IMG/VR virus record: IMGVR_UViG_3300039210_000318
Span: 1 to 64,000 of that record
Reading direction: 5' to 3' (one strand)
DNA from: a virus
DNA length: 64,000 nucleotides
Shown: one piece after another, positions 19,396 through 28,051 of the stretch
How positions within the stretch are numbered: the stretch's first letter is position 1
Layout: the number at the start of each line of letters is the position of its first letter
Translations under genes and position numbers: made by a program
Notes under the pieces: model-generated
What the model was told of the DNA's origin: nothing
The model's database searches: none
The model's input: only the letters and a program-made list of their open reading frames with translations

Positions 19396-19829
19396 GGCGT
19401 CGTTCCTTTCTCTATAGGCGACTGTGCGGGGTCAGACCAGGCCCGCCTATTCCAGCCTTTCGGCGCCAGCGTGTTGCTGGCGGCCGCGGCGGCTCGCCAA
19501 CCGAGGAAGTAGTCTGGTATGAACGTGGGAGGTTCGTCGGGGCAATCCTCGGCGCTCGGCTCGGTCTCCACGTCGTCGTGGTCCCAGCCGTTGAGGATGC
19601 CGCAGATGTGGCCGATGGAGGAGTCGAGCGCCGAGGCGTAGTCGGTGGCGTTGTGGTTGATGGTGGCGGTGTCAAGCCCGGCAGCCTGGGCCAGGGCGAC
19701 CAGCGCGCAGCCGCAGGGGATGCGCTCGTCGCCCCGCAGGTGGTGTGCCCATGTGCGCCGGACGGGGGCTAGACCGGTCTGGGCGAAGGCGTCGACAATG
19801 TCCTGCTCGGTGTAGGTGCGGATGCTCAT
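19392..19829 (-). CDS. CxC-family paralog 1
   Basis: EQDIVDAF..TG..PVRRTW...PCGCALVAL...GILNGWD...Y..GW. Confidence 0.7.
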   Translation of the reverse strand: MSIRTYTEQDIVDAFAQTGLAPVRRTWAHHLRGDERIPCGCALVALAQAAGLDTATINHNATDYASALDSSIGHICGILNGWDHDDVETEPSAEDCPDEPPTFIPDYFLGWRAAAAASNTLAPKGWNRRAWSDPAQSPIEKGTTP

Positions 19830-20215
19830 AGCTGCGTCCTGCCGCTAAAGGTTTCCTTGGCCGCGGCGAAGGCGACGCGCCAGCCGCGCAGGTAGTCGTC
19901 GGACTGGTCGGCCGTCGCGACGCGCACGAGCATGGGGTCCGGCAGGGTGACGTGACTAAAGTCGTCCCAGCCGTTGAGGATGCCTGAGGCATGCCACGCC
20001 GGTATCCTCAACGCCACGCTATAGCTGTCGGCCGTGTTTTCGAGCATGAGCGTGTCCACACCGCGGGCGACGGCCAGGGCGACCAGGGCGCAACCGCAGG
20101 GCCGGCGCGCTCCCTCCGGCCCGCGCGACCGGTTCCATGTGCCCTGGATTGGCTCAATGCCGGATTTGGTGAAGGCGTCCAGAATGTCCTGGACGGTGAC
20201 GTAGTTTTCAGCCAT
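19826..20215 (-). CDS. CxC-family paralog 2
   Basis: QDILDAF...PIQGTW...PCGCALVAL...GILNGWD...YLRGW. Confidence 0.7.
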   Translation of the reverse strand: MAENYVTVQDILDAFTKSGIEPIQGTWNRSRGPEGARRPCGCALVALAVARGVDTLMLENTADSYSVALRIPAWHASGILNGWDDFSHVTLPDPMLVRVATADQSDDYLRGWRVAFAAAKETFSGRTQL

Positions 20216-20609
20216 TGATCTGTACCTCCATGATGCGCTTGGCGGCGGCGTGGGCAGCCTCCCAGCCGGCTTTGTAGTGGGCCTTGCCTCTGGCGTCGGC
20301 GTTGGCCGGGTGGTAGCGGAAGCTGTTGTCAAAGGAGCCGAGCACGTCCCAGCCGTTGACGATGCCCAGGGCGTGGTATTCCGTGGTGCCGAGGACCTTG
20401 GCATAGCTACGCTCATCGAGGGGCAGCAAGGCGTTTTCCAGGTCGATACCGGCGTCGACTGCGAGGCAGACCAGGGCGCAACCACAAGGACTGCGGTAGT
20501 CACCGTCGTACCAGACGTGGGACCAGGTGCGGCGTACCGGACGGATACCGGTACGGTCGTAGGCGTCGACAATGTCCTGCTCGCTGAAAAGGCGCAGGCG
20601 CTTGGTCAT
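20208..20609 (-). CDS. CxC-family paralog 3
   Basis: EQDIVDAY..TG..PVRRTW...PCGCALVCL...GIVNGWD...YKAGW. Confidence 0.7.
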   Translation of the reverse strand: MTKRLRLFSEQDIVDAYDRTGIRPVRRTWSHVWYDGDYRSPCGCALVCLAVDAGIDLENALLPLDERSYAKVLGTTEYHALGIVNGWDVLGSFDNSFRYHPANADARGKAHYKAGWEAAHAAAKRIMEVQING

Positions 20610-21094
20610 GGGTGCAACCCTCCATTCTCGTAGACCATTAGATTCTTGCCGTAGTTGAGCTTCAGCGCGCGGTGGATGCCGAAGCCGCAGCGCATGCCGG
20701 CGCGGAAAGAGTGCAGGGTGGCAGCCTCGCTGCGCCGCTCCCCGGCGATCCTGCCAACTCCTTCCTGGTAGAAGACCCCTTCTTCCCCGGTACTGGCGTA
20801 GTCGAAGCCGTGGCCGATCCCCACCGTGTAGGCGACGGAGTAGCCCAGCAGGGATGCTAGGCGGACGTAGTTGCCCTTCCATGGCCGGCCGGTGTCGATG
20901 GCCGAGATAGCGGGGGATTGGCCCTGCTCGTGCCAGACGACGGCGACCAGGGGGCAGGCGCAATCCGGGGGCAGGGGTTGGGGCAGGGGAGCAGTGACGG
21001 TGTGGTACCGACGAAAGTAGAAGCCGCCCGTCAGAGGCAGCATCTCAATGTGGGCATAGGCTTTGAGGACGCGCTTAGGGGTGAACGGGCGCAT
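20606..21094 (-). CDS. CxC-family paralog 4 (divergent)
   Basis: FTPKRVLKAY...DCACPLVAV...GIGHGFD...Y.EG. Confidence 0.6.
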   Translation of the reverse strand: MRPFTPKRVLKAYAHIEMLPLTGGFYFRRYHTVTAPLPQPLPPDCACPLVAVVWHEQGQSPAISAIDTGRPWKGNYVRLASLLGYSVAYTVGIGHGFDYASTGEEGVFYQEGVGRIAGERRSEAATLHSFRAGMRCGFGIHRALKLNYGKNLMVYENGGLHP

Positions 21095-21635
21095 CGGTCT
21101 CCTCCTGCTCTCGTGATACCAGGCCAAAGTAGGCGGCTGGCCATGGGTTGCCGGTAGTCGTTTCCTGCCCGCAGCGGGGACAGGTCCAGGACGTGGACGG
21201 ACCCTCCGGGTCCGCTCGGGTGGGCAGGGGTTGGAAGGGCAGGAGACCGCCGCAGGCGCAGCGCGGTCGGCGCAAGGCCGACGCGACGTGAGCCTGGTAG
21301 CGGTCGGTTTGCCGGATGCTCCTCCGCGCCGCCGGATGCACCATGGGCAGGAAGGGCACCCCCGCGCGCTCCAGCGCGCGCCGGACCCGCTCCCCCAGGG
21401 CCACGATGGTATCTCCGGCCGCGGCGTCGTCGGCAATCATCCAGAGCGCATGGTCGTTTACCTCCCATGGCGTCGTGTCGAGGTAGAGGTTGGTAAAGCG
21501 GCAGCATGCCGGGTCTACCCCGGCGGCGCGCAGCGCGGCGAATAGGGTCTTGGCGGCGAGCCTGCCGTCCGTCCAGGAGACCCCCATGCTGATGGCGCGC
21601 TTGCTGCGGCGCTCGCCTACAAAGAGGTAGGTCAT
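21075..21635 (-). CDS. Uracil-DNA glycosylase-like fold protein with C-terminal Zn ribbon
   Basis: LFVGE (motif A-like), FTNL, IVALG, HPAA (motif B-like); CAC...CPRC tail. Confidence 0.55.
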   Translation of the reverse strand: MTYLFVGERRSKRAISMGVSWTDGRLAAKTLFAALRAAGVDPACCRFTNLYLDTTPWEVNDHALWMIADDAAAGDTIVALGERVRRALERAGVPFLPMVHPAARRSIRQTDRYQAHVASALRRPRCACGGLLPFQPLPTRADPEGPSTSWTCPRCGQETTTGNPWPAAYFGLVSREQEETDAPVHP

Positions 21636-22000
21636 GCTGCCTCCTCCCCAAAGAGCGTGCGGGAGGCGGTGTTGGCGGCTTGCCAGCCGGCGTAATAGAC
21701 GGGGCCGGAGGGAGCGTTGCCGGAGGGGCGCCGGTGCGGGCTATCCCAGCCGTCGAGGATGCCCTGGGCATGCGGCCGGGAGATGCCCAGGGCATGCGCG
21801 TAGGTTGCAGCACCGAAGGGCTCGTTGGCCTGCATGGCGGGGAAGCACCCCGCTGCCTCGGCCAGCGCGACCAGGGCGCAGCCGCAGGGAACGAGGAAGC
21901 CCGCGTGCAGAGTCACCCGGGCCCACGTGTACCGGATTGGCTGGAGTTTGGTCTGCCGGAAAGCGAGGACAATGTCCTCGGCGGTAAAGAACTTGCTCAT
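21632..22000 (-). CDS. CxC-family paralog 5
   Basis: AEDIVLAF..T...PIRYTW...PCGCALVAL...GILDGWD...YYAGW. Confidence 0.7.
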   Translation of the reverse strand: MSKFFTAEDIVLAFRQTKLQPIRYTWARVTLHAGFLVPCGCALVALAEAAGCFPAMQANEPFGAATYAHALGISRPHAQGILDGWDSPHRRPSGNAPSGPVYYAGWQAANTASRTLFGEEAA

Positions 22001-22001
22001 G

Positions 22002-22316
22002 CTAGTCCTCCTCATTGCCCCATACGTCGCCCAGCGGGAGCATGGCTGCACGGGCGTCCGCTTGGCGAGCCGCCAGAGATTGCTTGGCCCGCGTCTCGGC
22101 GTCCAGCAGCAGGAGCGCTGCGTCGGCGCCGTAGGCGGTGGCGAACGCCTTCATCCCCATGACCTTGGCGGTTGCGCCGGTCACCCGGAGGTAGACGGCG
22201 TTAGCCAGTTTCGTCTCGGCGTCCTGCCGGGAGAGTTGGGTGTCCTGGCGGTTGGAGCCGAGGAGAAAGTCTCGCCCCCGCGCCGGGGTGACGACGATGA
22301 CGTGGGGGTCTAGCAT
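22002..22316 (-). CDS. Hypothetical protein
   Basis: MLDPHVIVVTP..., fits the tightly packed leftward operon. Confidence 0.5.
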   Translation of the reverse strand: MLDPHVIVVTPARGRDFLLGSNRQDTQLSRQDAETKLANAVYLRVTGATAKVMGMKAFATAYGADAALLLLDAETRAKQSLAARQADARAAMLPLGDVWGNEED

Positions 22317-22513
22317 GCCGCGCTCCGCTGCTGGTCGCGGCGGGGGGAGGCTTCCTCGACGGCTCGCTCCGTCAAGGTGGCGACGCGCTCCTGCGCGGCG
22401 TCCAGGCGGCGCCGCCAGTAGGCAGCCGAAGGGGAGCCGGGCGGCGCGGCAGCGAGCCGGGAGCGCAGGTGTTGCACCTGGTCGCGATCGCGCACGCGCT
22501 CGTAGCCGAGCAA
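22310..22513 (-). CDS. Small hypothetical protein
   Basis: First ORF after the promoter at ~22600; start uncertain. Confidence 0.4.
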   Translation of the reverse strand: MLGYERVRDRDQVQHLRSRLAAAPPGSPSAAYWRRRLDAAQERVATLTERAVEEASPRRDQQRSAAC

Positions 22514-22593
22514 GTCCAGGATGGGAGGAATGGGTCTGTCCTTTCTGTACCGGCGCGTCCGTCGCGCCGGTACCCGTATAGCATACCGCTACG

Positions 22594-22839
22594 CTACGGT
22601 ATCCAAAAGGGGGTCTGCCGAAGGTACGGGTCAACGGTAGTACCTTCGGCGGGCGGCTCCGGTAGCCGGCCGATCGGCAGCACGGCGGTGAGGCGGTGCG
22701 TGCCGGGCAGGGCGGCGCGGCGCAAATCTGCGGCGCAGCCAGCGGCGGCTTTGGCGCTGCGATGGTCGTGACCGCAGGTGTAGGAGAGCACCCAGGAGCC
22801 GTCCTGCTCCTGGGTGCGCGTCTCAACGTGGTAGGTCAT
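22594..22839 (-). CDS. Small hypothetical protein (CGHDH motif)
   Basis: ATGA overlap with the ArdC-like gene; YTCGHDHRS.KAA..C. Confidence 0.5.
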   Translation of the reverse strand: MTYHVETRTQEQDGSWVLSYTCGHDHRSAKAAAGCAADLRRAALPGTHRLTAVLPIGRLPEPPAEGTTVDPYLRQTPFWIP

Positions 22840-23708
22840 GCCGCCACGTCCTCGGTGGCGTCGGCGGCGGGGGTGCAGGCGTTGATGATATGCGCCGCGG
22901 CCTTGGCGATGCTCGCCAGTTCGCCGCGCAGGGTGTCCGGCGTGCCGTGCCAGGACAAAAGGTAGTCGGCGGCGAAGGGGTTGGCAATGCCGTAGTGGCG
23001 GGCGACCACGTAGGCGGTCGCCTCGGCGTGCCATTCCGCTACCTCGCGGGCGGTCGCTGCCTCGCCCGCCTCGAAGTGCAGCAGGCGGTGCGCCCACTCG
23101 TGCCAGAGGACCAGCAGCCGGTCGTGGCTGCCGAGACCCTCGGCGGTGACGATGCGGCCGTCGCGGGTAGCGTAGCCGCGCGCCGCCCCCGGCATGGGTC
23201 CTTCGCTTACGCGCGCGCCGTCCTTCGCCAGCGCGGCCAGGGTGACGTCGACCTGCTCCTGCGCGTCGTCGCCCAGGGGTGTCCAGTACTCGGGGAGGGG
23301 CTTCGAGTCGTCCAGTTGGGAGGCGTCGAAGACCGCCACGTCGCGGAAGGCCAGACGCTTGCTTTCCTCGCCGGTCTCCGGGTCAACGGTCCCGGATTTC
23401 AGGACGATGGGGGCAAGGATGCGCAGGGCCTTCTGGCCCCTGGCGACCTGGTAGCCCGCCTCCTGCCATGCGCGGTAGGAGGCCACCTGGGTGGCGTGGG
23501 GGCATTGCAGGGCGATCAGGATGCAGTTGCGGAAGCTGTACTTGTGGAAGCGCGCGGCGAAGTCGAGGAAGGACACCAGGCGGTCGCTCTTGCCCGCCGC
23601 CATCTCCTCGGCCAGCGCGGCGAGGGAGGTGTTGAGGTCGGCGTTGAGGCCCGTGCGCCGCTCCTCGGCGGCGGCGCGGGCTGCTGCGTCGGGGGTGTAC
23701 TTGCTCAT
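22836..23708 (-). CDS. ArdC-like ssDNA-binding/antirestriction protein with zincin-like HExxH domain
   Basis: RFHKYSFRNCILI..Q...ATQVASY..W...G.QV..G.KA..I..P; VFD.SQ; HEWAH...E..AEATAY. Confidence 0.85.
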   Translation of the reverse strand: MSKYTPDAAARAAAEERRTGLNADLNTSLAALAEEMAAGKSDRLVSFLDFAARFHKYSFRNCILIALQCPHATQVASYRAWQEAGYQVARGQKALRILAPIVLKSGTVDPETGEESKRLAFRDVAVFDASQLDDSKPLPEYWTPLGDDAQEQVDVTLAALAKDGARVSEGPMPGAARGYATRDGRIVTAEGLGSHDRLLVLWHEWAHRLLHFEAGEAATAREVAEWHAEATAYVVARHYGIANPFAADYLLSWHGTPDTLRGELASIAKAAAHIINACTPAADATEDVAA

Positions 23709-24103
23709 GCCAGCACCGTCCTTTCCTCGTTCGTCCAGGGGTCATAGGTGTCGCCGGTGTCGGGGTCCGGCAGCTCCGGCGCGTCCTCCGCTTCCCGGCG
23801 CAGGAGGAGCATGGCCCCCCCCGTATCGCTACCCGGCGCGTAGAGCGGGGTGCAGGAAACCAGGTCCCACCCCTCGCGGGCGAAGCGGTTGATGTAGTCG
23901 CTTTCGTCCACCCAGAGGAGCAGCTTGTACTCATAGGTGGGCTGCCCCGCCGCGCGGCGCAGGATCAGGTTCATGAGCGCCTGGTTTCCTACGGCGCAGG
24001 AGGTCGCGCTGGCGATCTCCCAGCCGTCGGAGCTGAGCCGGTTCAGACTTTCGTCCAGTTCCATCCCGGCGTACAGGCAAAGGGTCTTGTGCTCGTACTT
24101 CAC
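23705..24103 (-). CDS. DUF4177-like tandem-repeat protein
   Basis: Two copies of YE.K...LN....GW(E/D)L. Confidence 0.6.
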   Translation of the reverse strand: MKYEHKTLCLYAGMELDESLNRLSSDGWEIASATSCAVGNQALMNLILRRAAGQPTYEYKLLLWVDESDYINRFAREGWDLVSCTPLYAPGSDTGGAMLLLRREAEDAPELPDPDTGDTYDPWTNEERTVLA

Positions 24104-24393
24104 GCCACCCCCCCCTCGAGGGCGGCGAGGTCGGCCTTGGCGGTAGCGATCAGCGGCGCGTAGCGGCTGAGGTTTTCCGGGTGAATCGCCAGCTTGCCCT
24201 CGTAGGTGCGGATGAAGTTCCGCAGCCCCTGGGCCTTGTGGTTGCGCTGCTCCTGCGCGCGCAGGGACGTGACGTGCCAGCAGGCGCGGCCGCTGCGTCC
24301 GGCGGCGCAGGTGCATTCGCTCGCGCCGTTGTCATGCAGCAGGGTGTGGTAGGTCGCGTTGCTCGTCCGGCTGGGCATTAAGGCTTGTACCAT
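24100..24393 (-). CDS. SWIM zinc-finger protein
   Basis: ECTC......RACWH motif; RBS GAAGGAAAGGA. Confidence 0.65.
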   Translation of the reverse strand: MVQALMPSRTSNATYHTLLHDNGASECTCAAGRSGRACWHVTSLRAQEQRNHKAQGLRNFIRTYEGKLAIHPENLSRYAPLIATAKADLAALEGGVA

Positions 24394-24551
24394 CGGGGGC
24401 TGGTCCTTTCCTTCGCGGCGCGTCCTGCGCGCCGTGTAAAGGGAGTATACCGCTACGCAACGGTATACGCAAGCGCCACGGCGCCACGCCGGCCAAAGGT
24501 ACCCCTCTGCGGTAGCCCATCTGGCCGGCGCGCGCGCGGAAAACGCACCCC

Positions 24552-24723
24552 GACGTTGCCCCACACGCCGCGTTAGAAACGCGAACGGGTAATACTGGCA
24601 GCCCGCGCCGACTACCCCAGAACCGCGCCACGTTGCCCAAGGCCGGGTGGCCCCCTTTCCGGCCTGCGCCTGACCCCAACGATGCCCCCCAGCGGGGGCC
24701 AACGGGCGACGTGGGGCAACGTC
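24552..24723 (-). repeat. ~170 bp dispersed element with terminal inverted repeats, copy A (inverted)
   Basis: Reverse complement matches 51487-51668, 55563-55734 and 61359-61530. Confidence 0.8.
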
Positions 24724-24870
24724 GGCGCAAAGACGGGGGAGGTGTCCGGGGGTTGCCATCGGCGGCGGTCAGGCGTGCGCGGCGGGTCAGCCGGCCAGGC
24801 AGGCTCCAGAAACGGCGCTACCGCTGTCATGACGCATGACAGCGGTAGCGGGCAGGGCCAGCGCGGGCGG

Positions 24871-25521
24871 TTATGCCCCCTTGCGCTCGGCCAGCCAAAC
24901 CGGCTTCTGGCCACACTTGGCCGAGCAGAACCAGGCGCTGTATGGTCGGCCGTCCCGCGTGGTGCCGCTGCGCAGCAGCATCGGTTCGTCGCAGGAAGGG
25001 CAGGACCGCGCAAGCGCCTCGCCCAATTGCTTCTCCTCGTCGTTGCCGTCCGCCGCCAGGACGCGCGGCCGCTGTTCGTAGTTTGGCTGCTGCTGCCCAC
25101 CCCCGGCGCTCGTCTCCTTCTCGTACAAAGAATTGCCGAAGGCATTACCGAAGGTGCGCAGCGCCCGCTTCAGGGCGTCGGTAACCGCTCCCTTGATGGC
25201 GGTCTCCTGGGCGTCGGGTGAAGCCTGGTCGCTGTCGCGGGGGATCGCCGGAATGCCGACGCCGACGTCCTCACGGTTGATCGGCTCGCCTTCCGGCGGC
25301 AGCACGGTCAGCAGGATGGTGGCGAGCCAGACCCCTTGCTGGTGCTCCAGCTTGGTGACCCGGTAGGACCAGCCGTGATAGCCAAAGACGGAGTTCGCCA
25401 TGCTGATCACGTCATGGCCTTCGAGGTAGCGGAGTTCGATCCCCTGCTTGCGCCGGGTATGCACCCGGCTATCGTCTACCTTCTGGTCGAGTTGGTCCAG
25501 TTGCGCCGGCGCAAAGCCCAT
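24871..25521 (-). CDS. Rad52/Rad22-family single-strand annealing protein (Sak-like) with C-terminal Zn ribbon
   Basis: LRYLEGHDVI..AN.VFGY.GWS; A.KGAVTDALKRALRTFGNAFGNSLY; CPSC...WFCSAKC. Confidence 0.9.
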   Translation of the reverse strand: MGFAPAQLDQLDQKVDDSRVHTRRKQGIELRYLEGHDVISMANSVFGYHGWSYRVTKLEHQQGVWLATILLTVLPPEGEPINREDVGVGIPAIPRDSDQASPDAQETAIKGAVTDALKRALRTFGNAFGNSLYEKETSAGGGQQQPNYEQRPRVLAADGNDEEKQLGEALARSCPSCDEPMLLRSGTTRDGRPYSAWFCSAKCGQKPVWLAERKGA

Positions 25522-25584
25522 GGCCTTTTCCTCTCTCGCCGCTCTCGGCCCGCCGCGCAAGTGCGGCGGGCCATGCCCCTGCCC

Positions 25585-25983
25585 CTAGAAGGGCAGATCG
25601 TCGTCCAGGGAGTCGTTGCTCGGCGCGGCAGCCGCCACTCGCTCTCCGGCATCGGCGCGGCTACCGAGCAGTTGCAGCTGCTGGACAATCACCTCGACGC
25701 GGTAGTGCTTCTGGCCTTCGGTGTCCTCCCAGGAGCGGGTCTGCAGGCGTCCCTCGATGTAGACCTTCCCGCCTTTGACGAGGTACTGGTTGGCGATCTC
25801 CGCTTGGCGGTCAAAGGCCACGATGTTGAACCACTCGGTTTCCTCGCGGCGGTTGCCTTCCTGGCCCACGGTGCGCGAGACCGCTACCGAGAAGTTGGTG
25901 ACCGGCTTGCCGCTGGGCGTGTATCTCATTTCGGGGTCTTTGCCGAGGTTGCCCAAAATGATGACCTTGTTTACTCCTGCCAT
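25585..25983 (-). CDS. ssb: Single-stranded DNA-binding protein
   Basis: VNKVIILGNLGKDPEMRYTPSG...VYIEGRLQTRSW...DDDLPF. Confidence 0.97.
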   Translation of the reverse strand: MAGVNKVIILGNLGKDPEMRYTPSGKPVTNFSVAVSRTVGQEGNRREETEWFNIVAFDRQAEIANQYLVKGGKVYIEGRLQTRSWEDTEGQKHYRVEVIVQQLQLLGSRADAGERVAAAAPSNDSLDDDLPF

Positions 25984-26118
25984 TCCTGGCCTCCTTACCG
26001 CTCGCGCCGCCCCCGGTAGCCATACCGGGCGGCAGCGCGCGCCGGTAGCATTAGTATACCGTACCGCTATGGTATGCTCCGAGAAAGCGGGCTAGCCGGT
26101 TGGGCTAGCCCGCCTGGG

Positions 26119-26391
26119 CTACGCTGCGGTAGAGGTCGCACCTGGCCGGCGCCGGATGGGGTTTCCCTCGGCCGCGCGCCGCCTGGCATAGTCGATCTTC
26201 CAGCAGCGGGGGGAGCAGTAGCGGCGGTGCCGGCCAAGCTCCTCCATAATCTCCGTGCCGCACACGACACAGTTAGTTGGCTGCTTGGCGCGTGGTACCG
26301 CGCGCAGCACGTTGCCCGCCATGGCCCGGTCGGACAATGAGGGCGGCGGCGGCGGCGCGGGCAGCGCCGCCGAGGCAGAACGAACAGGCAT
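26119..26391 (-). CDS. Small Zn-finger protein
   Basis: CVVCG...RRYCSPRC. Confidence 0.5.
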   Translation of the reverse strand: MPVRSASAALPAPPPPPSLSDRAMAGNVLRAVPRAKQPTNCVVCGTEIMEELGRHRRYCSPRCWKIDYARRRAAEGNPIRRRPGATSTAA

Positions 26392-26612
26392 AGCCGGCTC
26401 CTTTTCCTGGGTAGCTTCACCCCTCGCGCCGGACTCGCCCCGTCGCGTCGGGATACTGGTACGGTACAGTATCCGCACCTGCAATATCGTACCATCAATG
26501 CTCCCTTCCCCCTCTACCGCGCTGGTATATGCCGTTACGTTACGGTATGCTCAGGACAGCGCGGGGTATGAGGTTGCGCGCGCAGCCGTCCCGCGCGGAA
26601 AGGAAGGTACCC

Positions 26613-27014
26613 ATGACCTTCGCAGAGGCATTGGCTATGGCGCGGCGCCGGGAAGGCTTAAGCCAGTTAGCCCTGGGGGCGCACGCCGGCGTGGCGGCGT
26701 CCCACCTCAACCGACTGGAGCACGGCTACCGCACCGCACCCGGGCCCGCCTTCGTCGCTGCCCTGGTCGGCGTGCTCGGAGACGAGTATGCGCCGCTGCT
26801 CTACTGGACAGCCGGCCTGCTGCCCCCCGCCTGGCGCCGCTTACACCCCGGCGACCCGACCCTCTCGGCGGTCGCCACCTTCCTCTGCGTGCCGCTACGC
26901 GATGCGGGCGAGTTGCAAGACTTCCGGAGCGTCGTAGAAGCCATGGTCCTGCATTGGGGCAGCGCTCCCGCGGTACCCGTGGAGCAACTCGGCCAGGCGG
27001 CGCTGCCGCTATGA
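26613..27014 (+). CDS. XRE-family HTH regulator (Cro/CI-like)
   Basis: FAEAL..ARRREGLSQ..LG..AGV..SHLNRLEHG.R; at the divergent transcription boundary. Confidence 0.85.
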   Translation: MTFAEALAMARRREGLSQLALGAHAGVAASHLNRLEHGYRTAPGPAFVAALVGVLGDEYAPLLYWTAGLLPPAWRRLHPGDPTLSAVATFLCVPLRDAGELQDFRSVVEAMVLHWGSAPAVPVEQLGQAALPL

Positions 27015-28051
27015 GCGCAGCCGACCAAGATAGCCGACACGGCAGCCGATTGGAGCATAGTCTCGCCCTGCGCCGACTCGGCCAGGGTATGGACGCCCTC
27101 TCCCTCTCTACCGCACCGGCGCGCCAACTCCGGCTCCTGGCCGTGCTGATGCGCGAGACCTGGGCCTGGAATACCGACGACGTCGGCCTCTCCCTCACCG
27201 AGATTGCGGAGCGCACCGCGCTGGGACGGTCGCATATCACCCGGGCCCTGCGCGCCTTAGAGGCGGCCGGCGTGTGTCGGCGCACGGCCGAGGGCAACAC
27301 CAGAGGGCAGAGCCGGCCACGCAATCGCTACACCATGCACCCGCCGGAAGACTGGCTCCCCCCGTTTCTACCCCAGGGTACGAACCGTACCCTGGGGCCA
27401 GGGTACGAACCGGCCACTACCCCAGGGTACGAACCGTACCCAGCCCCAGGGTACGGCAGCACGCCTGACCCAGGGTACGGTTCGTACCCTACACCCATGG
27501 TTAACCATGACACCTTAACCATGAGAGAGAACCATGGGGCCGACCCCGGCGCAGCCCCGGCTGCGCGGCCTCCCCTTTCCGCGCAATTGCGTTTGACGGA
27601 GCACCGGGCGGCGGGAGCAGCCGTCGACCAGGCCCAGGCCCTTGCCCTGGCCCACTGGCTGGCCGAGGAAGTGCAGCACGGCAGCGAGCCGCTGGACGAT
27701 GCTGCGCTGCTGCAGGAAGCCGGGCATGCCGCCGTGCTCATCGCCCGCTTCCACGGCTACCTCGGCGTCGTCGCGCATTGCCAGGAACGCCTCAAGGAAC
27801 GCCGCCGCCGGCCGCTGCGGTTGGCTCACGTCGTTGCGGATCTTGCTCGCGCCGAGCGGCGCGTGGCCCCGGCTCTAGAAAGGGCAACCACCCCCCATGC
27901 AAAATCTCAACAGCCAGTGGCGCCAGATTGGTACGCTGGTACCGCAGCAGACTATGCCCGCGACGTTGAGGAGCGCGAAGCCTACCGCGAACGGCAGCGC
28001 GTCGCCTTCGACGCCAGCATGGCCGACCAGGACGCCCGCGCCACCGGCTGA
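27011..28051 (+). CDS. Replication initiator (lambda O-like, N-terminal winged HTH)
   Basis: LMRETWAWN....LSLTEIAERT.L.RSHI.RALR.L; internal iteron cluster; followed by a DnaC-like gene. Confidence 0.8.
   Translation: MSAADQDSRHGSRLEHSLALRRLGQGMDALSLSTAPARQLRLLAVLMRETWAWNTDDVGLSLTEIAERTALGRSHITRALRALEAAGVCRRTAEGNTRGQSRPRNRYTMHPPEDWLPPFLPQGTNRTLGPGYEPATTPGYEPYPAPGYGSTPDPGYGSYPTPMVNHDTLTMRENHGADPGAAPAARPPLSAQLRLTEHRAAGAAVDQAQALALAHWLAEEVQHGSEPLDDAALLQEAGHAAVLIARFHGYLGVVAHCQERLKERRRRPLRLAHVVADLARAERRVAPALERATTPHAKSQQPVAPDWYAGTAADYARDVEEREAYRERQRVAFDASMADQDARATG
27371..27490 (+). repeat. Iteron cluster / probable replication origin
   Basis: Five direct CCAGGGTACG copies plus inverted CGTACCC copies; palindrome CCCCAGGGTACG-AAC-CGTACCCTGGGG. 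Confidence 0.8.

Noticed and set aside
26255-27010. N-terminal extension of the 598 aa initiator ORF
   Set aside because: It overlaps the XRE gene and the divergent promoter region. The ATG at 27011 is coupled to the XRE stop.
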